Both the position numbers and the translations under genes were made by a program. 27,249 nt of DNA from Kofleriaceae bacterium (lineage in GTDB: Bacteria > Myxococcota_A > Polyangia > Haliangiales > Haliangiaceae), in the NCBI GenBank assembly GCA_046597055.1, contig JBKJLC010000128.1, positions 1 through 27,249 of the forward strand. Direction: 5' to 3'. The notes beneath the pieces are model-generated. The model was not told where the DNA came from. It ran no database searches and saw only the letters and a list, made by a program, of their open reading frames with translations. How positions within the stretch are numbered: position 1 is the stretch's first letter; each line of letters begins with the position of its first letter. Shown here piece after piece: positions 1-7,882 of the stretch.

Positions 1-118
1 CGGGCAGCGTGTACGGCCGGTCGATGTCGCGGGTGGGATAGGTGGCGAGGCCCTGGGGGGCGCGACAGGCCAGGGTGGCGAGCAGGGCGAACGCCGGCCA
101 GGCGGGGTGGATGCGCAT
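1..118 (-). CDS. 5' end of a probable secreted protein or lipoprotein (partial, runs off window)
   Basis: Manual translation from ATG at 118: MRIHPAWPAFALLATLACRAPQGLATYPTRDIDRPYTLP. Hydrophobic stretch ending in TLAC (lipobox-like), GC3-rich codons, divergent from the gene at 254. Confidence 0.55.
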   Translation of the reverse strand, partial: MRIHPAWPAFALLATLACRAPQGLATYPTRDIDRPYTLP

Positions 119-230
119 ACGGCCGGCCTTATCGCAGGGTCGCGCCGCCGGTTGCGGATAAATCGACCCTGGTGCCGCCGTCGGGCCCGCCGGGGCGCCG
201 AGCGGGGCGTGCCCGCGCTGGACAGCCTCG

Positions 231-246
231 CTAGAACATGTTCTAG
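231..246. promoter_or_regulatory. KstR-like TetR operator, site 1 (CTAGAACATGTTCTAG, perfect 16-bp palindrome)
   Basis: Core 232-245 TAGAACATGTTCTA fits TnnAACnnGTTnnA. Ends just upstream of the ATG at 254 and is preceded by a -35-like TGGACA at 219-224. Confidence 0.85.
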
Positions 247-253
247 TTCGGGC

Positions 254-1222
254 ATGGAAGACGACGTCCTGGCGGCGCCGTATCGGCTGGAGTACACGTA
301 CCAGCGTTCGACCGGCCCGGTGATCGGGCGCTTTCTCGGGGCGCTGCGCGACCGCCGCCTCGAGGGCGTACGCACCGCGGCCGGGGGCGTGATGGTGCCC
401 CCGCTCGAGTACGAGCCCGACGGCACCGCGACCGGCGAGCCGGCCCCGGTCGGCCCCGGCGGGGTGGTGACGACCTGGGCCTGGGTCGCCGAGCCGCGCC
501 GCTTCCACCCGCTGACGAAGCCGTTCGCGTTCGCGCTGGTCAGGCTCGACGGCGCGTCGACCGCGATGGTGCACGCGGTCGATGCCGGCTCGCCCGACGC
601 GATGCGCACCGGCATGCGGGTGCGGCCGCGCTGGCGGCCGGAGCGCACCGGTTCGATCCGCGACCTCGAGTGCTTCGTGCCCGGCGACGCGCCCGAGGCG
701 TCTGGCGAGCCGCCGCCCGACCCGACCGCCGAACCGGGGCCACCGGTGACGCTGTTTCCGTCGCCGGTGCGGCTCGACTACACGGTCACCGCCAGCCGCA
801 ACCTGTCGACCTACCTGCGGGGGCTGGCCGAGCGCCGCATCATCGGCGGCCGGTGCGGCACCTGCACCAAGGTGTATCTGCCACCGCGCGGCGCGTGCCC
901 GACCTGCGGCGTCCCGACGACGACCCAGGTCGACGTGGCCGACCACGGGGTGGTCACCACCTTCTGCATCATCCGCATCCCGTTCGACGCGGCGCCGTTT
1001 CCGCCGCCGTACGCGGCGATCGCGGTCCTGCTCGAAGGCGCGGACATGCCGATCTTCCACCTGCTGCGCGGGATCCCACCCGAGGAGGTCCGCATGGGCA
1101 TGCGGGTCCGCGCGGTGTGGGTCCCCGATGCCGAGCTGGCCCCCACCCTCGCCAGCATCCGCTGGTTCGAACCGACCGGAGACGCCGACGTGAGCTTCGA
1201 CGACTACGCGAGGCACCTGTGA
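254..1222 (+). CDS. Tandem DUF35 (Zn-ribbon/OB-fold) acyl-CoA-binding protein, Rv3521-like partner of Ltp3/Ltp4
   Basis: Two DUF35 repeats. The first has lost its cysteines (RLEGVRT...VMVPPLEY). The second keeps CGTC...CPTC plus the OB-fold RMGMRVRAVW. Directly upstream of the ltp4/ltp3-like genes. Start taken as ATG 254 (MEDDVLAAPY). Confidence 0.85.
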   Translation: MEDDVLAAPYRLEYTYQRSTGPVIGRFLGALRDRRLEGVRTAAGGVMVPPLEYEPDGTATGEPAPVGPGGVVTTWAWVAEPRRFHPLTKPFAFALVRLDGASTAMVHAVDAGSPDAMRTGMRVRPRWRPERTGSIRDLECFVPGDAPEASGEPPPDPTAEPGPPVTLFPSPVRLDYTVTASRNLSTYLRGLAERRIIGGRCGTCTKVYLPPRGACPTCGVPTTTQVDVADHGVVTTFCIIRIPFDAAPFPPPYAAIAVLLEGADMPIFHLLRGIPPEEVRMGMRVRAVWVPDAELAPTLASIRWFEPTGDADVSFDDYARHL

Positions 1223-2241
1223 GAGACGTCGCGATCATCAGCTTCGCGCAGCTGCCGCCGACGCGCCGCGACACCGCGCGCGACGAGGTCGAGCTGGTCC
1301 AGCCGGTCGTGGTCGACGCCCTGCGCCAGGCCGGGCTCGATCGACGCGAGATCGGGTTCACCTGCTCGGGCAGCTGCGACTACCTGCTGGGCCGGCCGTT
1401 CTCGTTCGTGTTCGCGCTCGACGGGGTCGCGCCGTGGCCGCCGATCGCCGAGAGCCACGTCGAGATGGACGGCGCGTGGGCGCTGTACGAGGCGTGGGTC
1501 CGCCTGCAGCAGGACGACATCGAGACCGCGCTGATCTACTGCTACGGCAAGTCGTCGCTCGGCGACCTGAACGAGATCTTCACCCAACAGCTCGACCCGT
1601 ACTACCTGGCGCCGCTCGGCCTCGACGCGACGAGCCTGGCCGCGCTCCAGGCCCGCGCGCTGCTCGACACCGGGCGGGTCACCGAGCGCGACCTCGCCGT
1701 GGTCGCCGCCGCGCGGACCGGCGGCGAGCTCGCCGACCTGCTGGCGTCGCCGTACCTGGTCGCCCCGCTGCGCGCCCACGACTGCCCGCCGATCTCCGAC
1801 GGTGCCTGTGCGGTGGTGCTCGCCGCGGGAGACCGCGCCCGCCGCTACCCGCGACCGGCCTGGATCCGCGGCATCGATCACCGGGTCGAGCCGCACCAGC
1901 TCGGCAGCCGCGACCTGTCCCGCTCGGTGTCGACCCGGCTGGCCGCCGAGCACGCCGGTCTCGGGCGGGTCGGACCGATCGACGTCGCCGAGCTGCACGC
2001 GCCGTACAGCCATCAGGAGCTGATCCTGCGCGACGCGCTCGATCTCGAGGACGGCGTGGCGATCAACCCGTCGGGCGGCGCCCTGGCCGCCAACCCGGTG
2101 ATGGTCGCCGGCTTGAGCCGCATCGGCGAGGCCGCCGCGCGGATCCACGCCGGCACCGCGCGGGCCGCGGTCGCCCACGCGACCAGCGGGCCCTGCCTGC
2201 AACAGAACCTGGTGTGCGTGCTCGCCGCGGAGGCGTCATGA
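1219..2241 (+). CDS. ltp4: Thiolase-fold (SCP-x type) protein, Ltp4-like sterol side-chain aldol-lyase subunit
   Basis: GTG start overlaps upstream stop (GTGA). Motifs FTCSGSCDYLLGRPFSF, ESHVEMDGAWALYEAW, NPSGGALAANP, HATSGPCLQQN. Same order as Rv3521-ltp4-ltp3. Confidence 0.8.
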   Translation: MRDVAIISFAQLPPTRRDTARDEVELVQPVVVDALRQAGLDRREIGFTCSGSCDYLLGRPFSFVFALDGVAPWPPIAESHVEMDGAWALYEAWVRLQQDDIETALIYCYGKSSLGDLNEIFTQQLDPYYLAPLGLDATSLAALQARALLDTGRVTERDLAVVAAARTGGELADLLASPYLVAPLRAHDCPPISDGACAVVLAAGDRARRYPRPAWIRGIDHRVEPHQLGSRDLSRSVSTRLAAEHAGLGRVGPIDVAELHAPYSHQELILRDALDLEDGVAINPSGGALAANPVMVAGLSRIGEAAARIHAGTARAAVAHATSGPCLQQNLVCVLAAEAS

Positions 2242-3395
2242 AGAAGCGTTGCGCGATCGTCGGCATCGGCCAGACGCATCACAAGGCCAAGCGTCAGGAC
2301 GTCTCGCTGGCCGGGCTGGTCCGCGAGGCCGCCACCCGCGCCCTGGCCGACGCCGAGCTCGACTGGCGAGACATCGACGCCGTCGTCCTCGGCAAGGCGC
2401 CCGACATGTTCGAGGGCGTGATGATGCCGGAGCTGTACCTGGCCGACGCGCTGGGCGCCTCCGGCAAGCCGATCATGCGGGTCCACACCGCGGGCTCGGT
2501 CGGCGGCTCGACCGCCGTCGTCGCGGCCCAGACCGTGATGGGTGGCGTCCACAAGCGGGTCCTCACCGTCGCCTTCGAGAAGCAGTCGGAGTCGGACGCG
2601 ATGTGGGCGCTGTCGCCGTCGATCCCGTTCCAGCCCCAGCTCACCGCGGGCGCCGGCGGCTACTTCGCGCCGCTGGTGCGCGCGTACATCCAGCGTAGCA
2701 AGGCACCCGACGACGTCGGCATCGCGGTCGCGGTCAAGGACCGCGTGGCCGCGCTGCGCAACCCCTACGCCCACCTGCGCATCAAGGGCATCGACGCGGC
2801 GATGGTCCGCGACTCGCCGATGCTGTGGGATCCGATCCGCTACCTCGAGACCTGCCCGTCGTCCGACGGCGCCTGCGCGATGGTGCTCACCGACGAGGAC
2901 GGGGCCGCGCGCGCGCCGCGACCGCCGGCGTGGGTGCATGGCCTGGCCACCCGCAGCGAGCCGACCGTGTTCGCCGGCCGCAACCAGGTCGACCCGCAGG
3001 CCGGGCGCGACTGCGCCAAGGACGTCTACGCCCAGGCCGGCATCAGCGACCCGCGCCGCGAGATCGACGTCGCCGAGATCTACGTCCCGTTCTCGTGGTT
3101 CGAGCCGATGTGGCTCGAGAACCTCGGGTTCGCCGCCCTGAACGAGGGCTGGCGCATGACCGCCAGCGGCGCGACCGAGCTCGGCGGCGCGCTGCCGATC
3201 AACCCGTCGGGCGGCGTGCTGTCGTCGAACCCGATCGGCGCCAGCGGCATGCTGCGCTTCGCCGAGGCCGCGATGCAGGTCCGCGACCAGGCCGGCGAGC
3301 ACCAGGTGGCCGGTGCCCGGCGCGCGCTCGGCCACGCCTACGGCGGTGGTTCCCAGTTCTTCGCGATGTGGGTCGTCGGCCGCGATCGGCCCTGA
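2238..3395 (+). CDS. ltp3: Thiolase-fold protein, Ltp3-like sterol side-chain aldol-lyase subunit
   Basis: ATGA overlap. Motifs GKAPDMFEGVMMPELYLADALG, RVHTAGSVGGST, ETCPSSDGACA, SSNPIGASGMLRFAEAA, HAYGGGSQFFAMWVV. Confidence 0.85.
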   Translation: MKKRCAIVGIGQTHHKAKRQDVSLAGLVREAATRALADAELDWRDIDAVVLGKAPDMFEGVMMPELYLADALGASGKPIMRVHTAGSVGGSTAVVAAQTVMGGVHKRVLTVAFEKQSESDAMWALSPSIPFQPQLTAGAGGYFAPLVRAYIQRSKAPDDVGIAVAVKDRVAALRNPYAHLRIKGIDAAMVRDSPMLWDPIRYLETCPSSDGACAMVLTDEDGAARAPRPPAWVHGLATRSEPTVFAGRNQVDPQAGRDCAKDVYAQAGISDPRREIDVAEIYVPFSWFEPMWLENLGFAALNEGWRMTASGATELGGALPINPSGGVLSSNPIGASGMLRFAEAAMQVRDQAGEHQVAGARRALGHAYGGGSQFFAMWVVGRDRP

Positions 3396-3405
3396 GGAGA
3401 CACGC

Positions 3406-4581
3406 ATGTACCTCGACTACACGCCTGACGAGAAGGCGCTGCGCGATCAGCTCCGCGCGTACTTCGACGAGCTCATCACGCCCGACGTCCTCGCCGAGGT
3501 CGCCGGGACCGACGGCGGTGGCCCGCGCTACACGAAGGTCATGCGCCGGCTGGGCGTCGACGGCTGGCTCGGTGTCGGCTGGCCGCGCGAGTTCGGCGGC
3601 CGGGCCCGCCCGGTCATCGAGCAGTTCATCTTCTTCGACGAGGTCCAGCGGGCCGGCTTCCCGATCCCGTTCCTGACCCTGTGCACGGTCGGCCCGACCC
3701 TGATGAAGTTCGGCACCGAGGAGCAAAAGGCCGCGCTGCTGCCGCGCATCCTCCGCGGCGAGCTGCACTTCGCGATCGGCTACTCCGAGTCGGGCGCGGG
3801 CACCGATCTGGCGTCGCTGACGACCCGGGCGGTGCGCGACGGCGACCACTACGTGGTCAACGGCCAGAAGGTGTTCACCTCGCTGGCCGAGTACGCCGAC
3901 TACATCTGGCTGGCGGTCCGGACCGACCCGGCCGCGCCCAAGCACAAGGGCATCTCGATCCTGATGGTCGACCGGACGGCGCCGGGCGTGACGATCACGC
4001 CGATCCACACGCTGGGCGGCAACCGGACCAACCTGACGATCCTCGAGGACGTCCGGGTCCCGGTCGCCAACCGGGTCGCGCGCGAGAACGACGGCTGGAA
4101 GCTCATCACCACCCAGCTCAACCACGAGCGGGTCGCGTTGACTGCGCCCGGGCCGGTCGCCCGCTTCGTCGAGGAGACCGTCGCGTGGGCGCGCGAGACC
4201 CGACGCGGCGACGGCAGCCGCGTGATCGACCAGCCGTGGGTGCAGCTGGCGCTGGCGCGGGCCACCCAGCGAGTCGAGGCGCTGCGCCTGATGGTGTGGC
4301 GACAGGCCTGGAACGTCGGGCTCGACCGGCTCGACCCGGCCGAGTCGTCGGCGGTGAAGGTGTTCGGCAGCGAGTCGTTCGTGCTGATCTACCAGTGGCT
4401 GCTGGAGGTGCTCGGACCATCGGGCGCGCTGAAGTCGTCGTCGCCCGGCGCGCTGCTGCGCGGACGCCTCGAGACCTACTACCGGACCACCCTGGTGCTG
4501 TCGTTCGGCGGCGGCACCAACGAGATCCAGCGCGACCTCATCGCGATGCTCGGGCTCGGCATGCCGAGGGCGCCGCGATGA
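3406..4581 (+). CDS. fadE26: Acyl-CoA dehydrogenase, FadE26/FadE29 (ChsE4/ChsE2)-like catalytic subunit
   Basis: RBS GAGGAG. Motifs HFAIGYSESGAGTDLASL, NGQKVFTS, LNHER and C-terminal SPGALLRGRLE...FGGGTNEIQRDLIA. FadE26 versus FadE29 cannot be fully resolved by eye. Confidence 0.8.
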   Translation: MYLDYTPDEKALRDQLRAYFDELITPDVLAEVAGTDGGGPRYTKVMRRLGVDGWLGVGWPREFGGRARPVIEQFIFFDEVQRAGFPIPFLTLCTVGPTLMKFGTEEQKAALLPRILRGELHFAIGYSESGAGTDLASLTTRAVRDGDHYVVNGQKVFTSLAEYADYIWLAVRTDPAAPKHKGISILMVDRTAPGVTITPIHTLGGNRTNLTILEDVRVPVANRVARENDGWKLITTQLNHERVALTAPGPVARFVEETVAWARETRRGDGSRVIDQPWVQLALARATQRVEALRLMVWRQAWNVGLDRLDPAESSAVKVFGSESFVLIYQWLLEVLGPSGALKSSSPGALLRGRLETYYRTTLVLSFGGGTNEIQRDLIAMLGLGMPRAPR

Positions 4582-4616
4582 CCGCGAGCCCCGGCCCGAG
4601 CACGACAGGAGCGGCC

Positions 4617-5666
4617 ATGGACTTCTCACTCACCGACGAGCAGCAGGAGATCGCGGCCCTGGCCGCCAAGATCTTCGCCGATCACCCGGCCCGAACCGAC
4701 GAGGACGCGCTGTGGACCGCGCTCGCCGGCGCCGGCCTGCTCGGCGTCGCCGTGCGCGATGACGTCGGCGGCGCCGGGCAGAGCCTGCTCGAGCACTGCG
4801 CGCTCCTGGTCGCGGCCGGCGCGGCCTGCGTCCAGGCGCCGCTGTGGGCGGTGACCACCGCGGCGATGGTGATCGACCACGCCGGCACCCCGGCCCAGCG
4901 CGCGCTGCTGCCCGACGTGACCCGCGGCGCGAGCCTGGTCACGGTCGCGCTCCACGAGCCCGACGGCGGCGATCCGTTCGCACCCTACACGGTGGTGCGC
5001 GCCGGTCGCTTGCACGGCGTGAAGACCTGCGTCCCGGCGGCGCATCGCGCCAGCCGCTTCGTGGTGTCGGCGCGGACCGAGGCCGGCGAGCTCGGCCTCT
5101 ACCTGGTGGACCCGACCGGGCCCGGCGTGACGGTGGAGCGGCAGACCGCGACCACCGGCGCGCTGCACGGCCTGGTCACGCTGCACGACGCCCCGGGCGA
5201 GCGGCTCGGCGACGCCGACACCCTCGGCTGGCTGCTCGACCGGGCGTCGGTCGGCCTGTGCGCGCTCGAGCTCGGCATCGTCGAGAAGGTGCTGCGCATG
5301 ACCGCGACCTACACGACGCAGCGCGTGCAGTTCGACCGGCCGATCGCGACCTTCCAGGCGGTGGCCCAGCGCGCGGCCGACGCGTACATCGACGTCGAGA
5401 CGATCCGGCTCACGATGTGGGAGGCGACCTGGCGACTGGCCGAGGGCCGCCCCGCCACCCGCGAGATCGCGATCGCCAAGGCGTTCGCGGCCGAGGCCGG
5501 CCAGCGCGTCACCTACGCCGCCCAGCACCTGCACGGCGGCATCGGCTTCGACCTCGACTACCCGCTCGCGAAGTACTACCCGCTGTCGAAGTGGATCGAG
5601 CTGAACCTGGGCGGCGCCGGCGCGCACCTGGCTCGGCTCGGCGCCCTGCTCGCCAGCGGCGACTGA
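4617..5666 (+). CDS. fadE27: Acyl-CoA dehydrogenase partner subunit, FadE27/FadE28 (ChsE5)-like
   Basis: MDFSLTDEQ start with AGGA RBS (alternative ATG at 4578 overlaps the upstream stop). Motifs RVQFDRPIATFQAVAQRAADAYID and QHLHGGIGFDLDYPL. Short ACAD adjacent to a long ACAD, as in alpha2beta2 steroid ACADs. Confidence 0.78.
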   Translation: MDFSLTDEQQEIAALAAKIFADHPARTDEDALWTALAGAGLLGVAVRDDVGGAGQSLLEHCALLVAAGAACVQAPLWAVTTAAMVIDHAGTPAQRALLPDVTRGASLVTVALHEPDGGDPFAPYTVVRAGRLHGVKTCVPAAHRASRFVVSARTEAGELGLYLVDPTGPGVTVERQTATTGALHGLVTLHDAPGERLGDADTLGWLLDRASVGLCALELGIVEKVLRMTATYTTQRVQFDRPIATFQAVAQRAADAYIDVETIRLTMWEATWRLAEGRPATREIAIAKAFAAEAGQRVTYAAQHLHGGIGFDLDYPLAKYYPLSKWIELNLGGAGAHLARLGALLASGD

Positions 5667-5692
5667 CCAGCGCCGCGCCAACCGCGGCTGCG

Positions 5693-5716
5693 GTAGCGCC
5701 GCGAGCCGGCGCGGCG
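5693..5716 (+). repeat. REP-like element: GTAG followed by hairpin CGCCGCG-AGCCGG-CGCGGCG
   Basis: GTAG tetranucleotide directly 5' of a 7-bp stem, intergenic, about 0.9 kb from the RAYT gene. A related GCCGCG/CGCGGC stem lies just upstream. Confidence 0.35.
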
Positions 5717-5863
5717 GTGCGTCCAGTATGGTCGCCGGCCAGGCCCTGGTCGCGACGTGAACCGGACGACCGCTCGGGGCCGGGCGTTGCGCCGGCCGGC
5801 CAACCACGGCATGACAGCGGCGCGACCCGGGACGGCGCCGCACCGCTCGTGGCAGCGTTGGCC

Positions 5864-6415
5864 ATGGACTTCCCGAAGAATGGGATCCGCCTCGCCACAC
5901 CCGCGGACGCCGGCGCGCTCGCGGCGATCTACGCGCCCAGCGTCGCCGACACGACGAGCTCGTTCGAGCTCGAGCCACCCGACGCGGCCGAGATGGCGCG
6001 GCGGCTGGCCGTGGTGCTCGCCCACGCGCCATGGCTCGTGCTCGAGCGTGCCGGCGAGCTGGCCGGCTTCGCCTACGCATCGCGCCACCGCGAGCGGGCC
6101 GCCTACCAGTGGTCGGTCGACGTCAGCGTCTACGTCGCCGCGACCCACCACCGCACGGGCGTGGCCCGCACGCTGTACGCGCAGCTGTTCACACGGCTCC
6201 GGGCCCAAGGCTTCTACGTCGCACACGCCGGCATCACCCTGCCCAACGACCCGAGCATCGGGCTGCACGAGTCACTCGGCTTCACGCCGATCGGCGTGTA
6301 CCCGGCGGTCGGCTACAAGCTCGGTGCGTGGCGCGACGTTGGCTGGTGGCGGCTGGCCCTGCGCGCTCCGGACGGCGCGCCAGCCCCGCCGCGGGGGCCG
6401 GACCTCGGCGCATGA
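5864..6415 (+). CDS. GNAT N-acetyltransferase, phosphinothricin/arsinothricin (Pat/YncA/ArsN1)-like
   Basis: IRLATPAD...IYAP...SFELEPP, YASRHRERAAYQWSVDVSVYV, HRTGVARTLY, GITLPNDPSIGLHESLGF, VGYKLGAWRDVGWW. Confidence 0.85.
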   Translation: MDFPKNGIRLATPADAGALAAIYAPSVADTTSSFELEPPDAAEMARRLAVVLAHAPWLVLERAGELAGFAYASRHRERAAYQWSVDVSVYVAATHHRTGVARTLYAQLFTRLRAQGFYVAHAGITLPNDPSIGLHESLGFTPIGVYPAVGYKLGAWRDVGWWRLALRAPDGAPAPPRGPDLGA

Positions 6416-6590
6416 GGACATGCCGTGCGCAGGTCCGAGCGCTCGGCCGCCTCGGCACGCAACACCTCGTCGCCGTGCTCCCGGTCTACCGGGGTCTACC
6501 GGCGTCCGCTCGTCGAGGACAGGTGCTCAGGTTGACGGCGCCGGTCTCCGCGGCCGCGACCGGCCGCTCACCCGCATCGGGCCCGCCCGG

Positions 6591-7337
6591 TCACTCGACG
6601 GGCCCGGGCACCTCGCGCAACCCGATCGGCCCATGTCGCCGCCAGCCGGTCGTCAGCATCCAGCTGGCGGCGGCCGCGACCGGTAGCGGCTGGTAGCCGG
6701 CGGGCGCCGCGAACGGCGCGGCCACGCCGCTCCAGCCGTCGAACCGGATCCCGCTCGAGTACGGATCGACCTGGGCCCGTCGCTGCGCAACGCCCGCGAC
6801 GTCCTCGCGATGTCGGCGCCAGTTGTTCAGGACGTACGCCAGCGCGTGACGGGCCTGGCGCGGGGACCGGATGATCTCGGCGTGGTAGCGGGTGACGAAG
6901 ACCTGGCCCGTGCGTGGCTTCGATTGCCGGCGATCGACCGCGACGGCCCGGTTGAGATGGCGCGCCGCGGAGATCTGGAGTCCTTGCATCCCACTGGCCA
7001 GCAGCTGCTCGCTCGCGGCCTCGACGATGAGGTGGATGTGGTTGCGCTGGATGCTCACGTGGATGACGCGGATGGCGTCCTTCGCCAGCGCGGTCAGGAG
7101 CGCGCGCCGGATCGCCTGGTAGGCGCGCCGGCGGCGCAGCCGCCCGACCTGGTTCGTGACCCGCAAGACCACGTGCACCGGCTCGCGGGCGGTGACGCGC
7201 GGCCGCTTGGCGACCCGTCGGTGCAGGCGCTTGCCGGAGGCCATCAGGATTGGCTTGCGGCCGGCCCCGTCGCGGGCGCCGCCGCGCTTGCCGGGCTTGG
7301 TCCGGTAGACGATGTCGAGCTGGCGTGGCGCGGCCAT
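6591..7337 (-). mobile_element. REP-associated tyrosine transposase (RAYT, IS200/Y1 HUH family)
   Basis: PVHVVLRV, HUH motif in QRNHIHLIVEA, GQVFVTRYHA, candidate catalytic Tyr in LAYVLNN, DPYSSG. Basic N-terminus (RGGARDGAGRKP). Start taken as ATG 7337. Confidence 0.85.
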
Positions 7338-7449
7338 TGAAATTACCGATAACATCGACAGGGCCCTGACTGCAAGGCTTCCTGGGTCCCGTTCGATGGC
7401 GGTGACACCGGGCTGCGGGCTGCGGGGTGCGGCCGCGCGTAATGCGCCA

Positions 7450-7660
7450 TGCCGCGGAGGGCACGCAGCATGCCAGGGGCGTCCGCGGCAGGCTGTGGGC
7501 TTGACGCGCCTGTGGAGAGCGCGCCCTACGCGTCGGGTGCGGCTACAGGACAGCGGGCACGTGGCGCGACTCACCACAGGGCGCTTGGAAAGCCGCGCCT
7601 CCGGGTCGTGGAGGCGGGACGCACGGGCGATGGGCGCGCCTTTCCACAAGGCCCGCAGCC
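7450..7660. repeat. Cluster of GC-rich hairpins and REP-like inverted repeats upstream of the RAYT gene
   Basis: TGCCGCGGA/TCCGCGGCA (7450-7490). Minus-strand GTAGGGCGCGCTCTCCACAGGC (7529-7508) resembles plus-strand GATGGGCGCGCCTTTCCACAAGGC (7629-7652). CGCCTCC/GGAGGCG stem (7596-7616). Confidence 0.45.
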
Positions 7661-7683
7661 GAGCCGACCCCGGACCCTGATCT

Positions 7684-7706
7684 AAAAAAACTTCCGGATC
7701 CGGAGG
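7684..7706 (-). terminator. Possible intrinsic terminator for the Rieske gene
   Basis: Minus strand CCTCCGGATCCGGAAG followed by T7. Long A/T runs are rare in this window. The stem is short. Confidence 0.4.
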
Positions 7707-7764
7707 TGACGCGGCCGTCCCGGCACGGCATCCCTGCCGGGGCTGGCTCCACGTCTGCCGGCAC

Positions 7765-7872
7765 TGCCGCTGCCGCTGCGGATGCTGGTGCGGATGCCGC
7801 TGCGGATGCGGGTGCGGGTGCTGGTGCGGATGCCGCTGCCGCTGCCGATCCCGCTGCCGCTGCCGATCCCGC
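7765..7872. repeat. Degenerate hexamer tandem repeat, 18 units
   Basis: Perfectly phased units TGCCGC, TGCGGA, TGCTGG, TGCGGG, TGCCGA, TCCCGC, ending 10 nt from the Rieske stop codon. Confidence 0.9.
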
Positions 7873-7882
7873 GACCGCGGCG

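Noticed and set aside
5864..6415. GNAT as part of the steroid operon or an arsenic-resistance locus
   Set aside because: Separated from fadE27 by 197 nt with hairpins, no operator, and no ars genes nearby.
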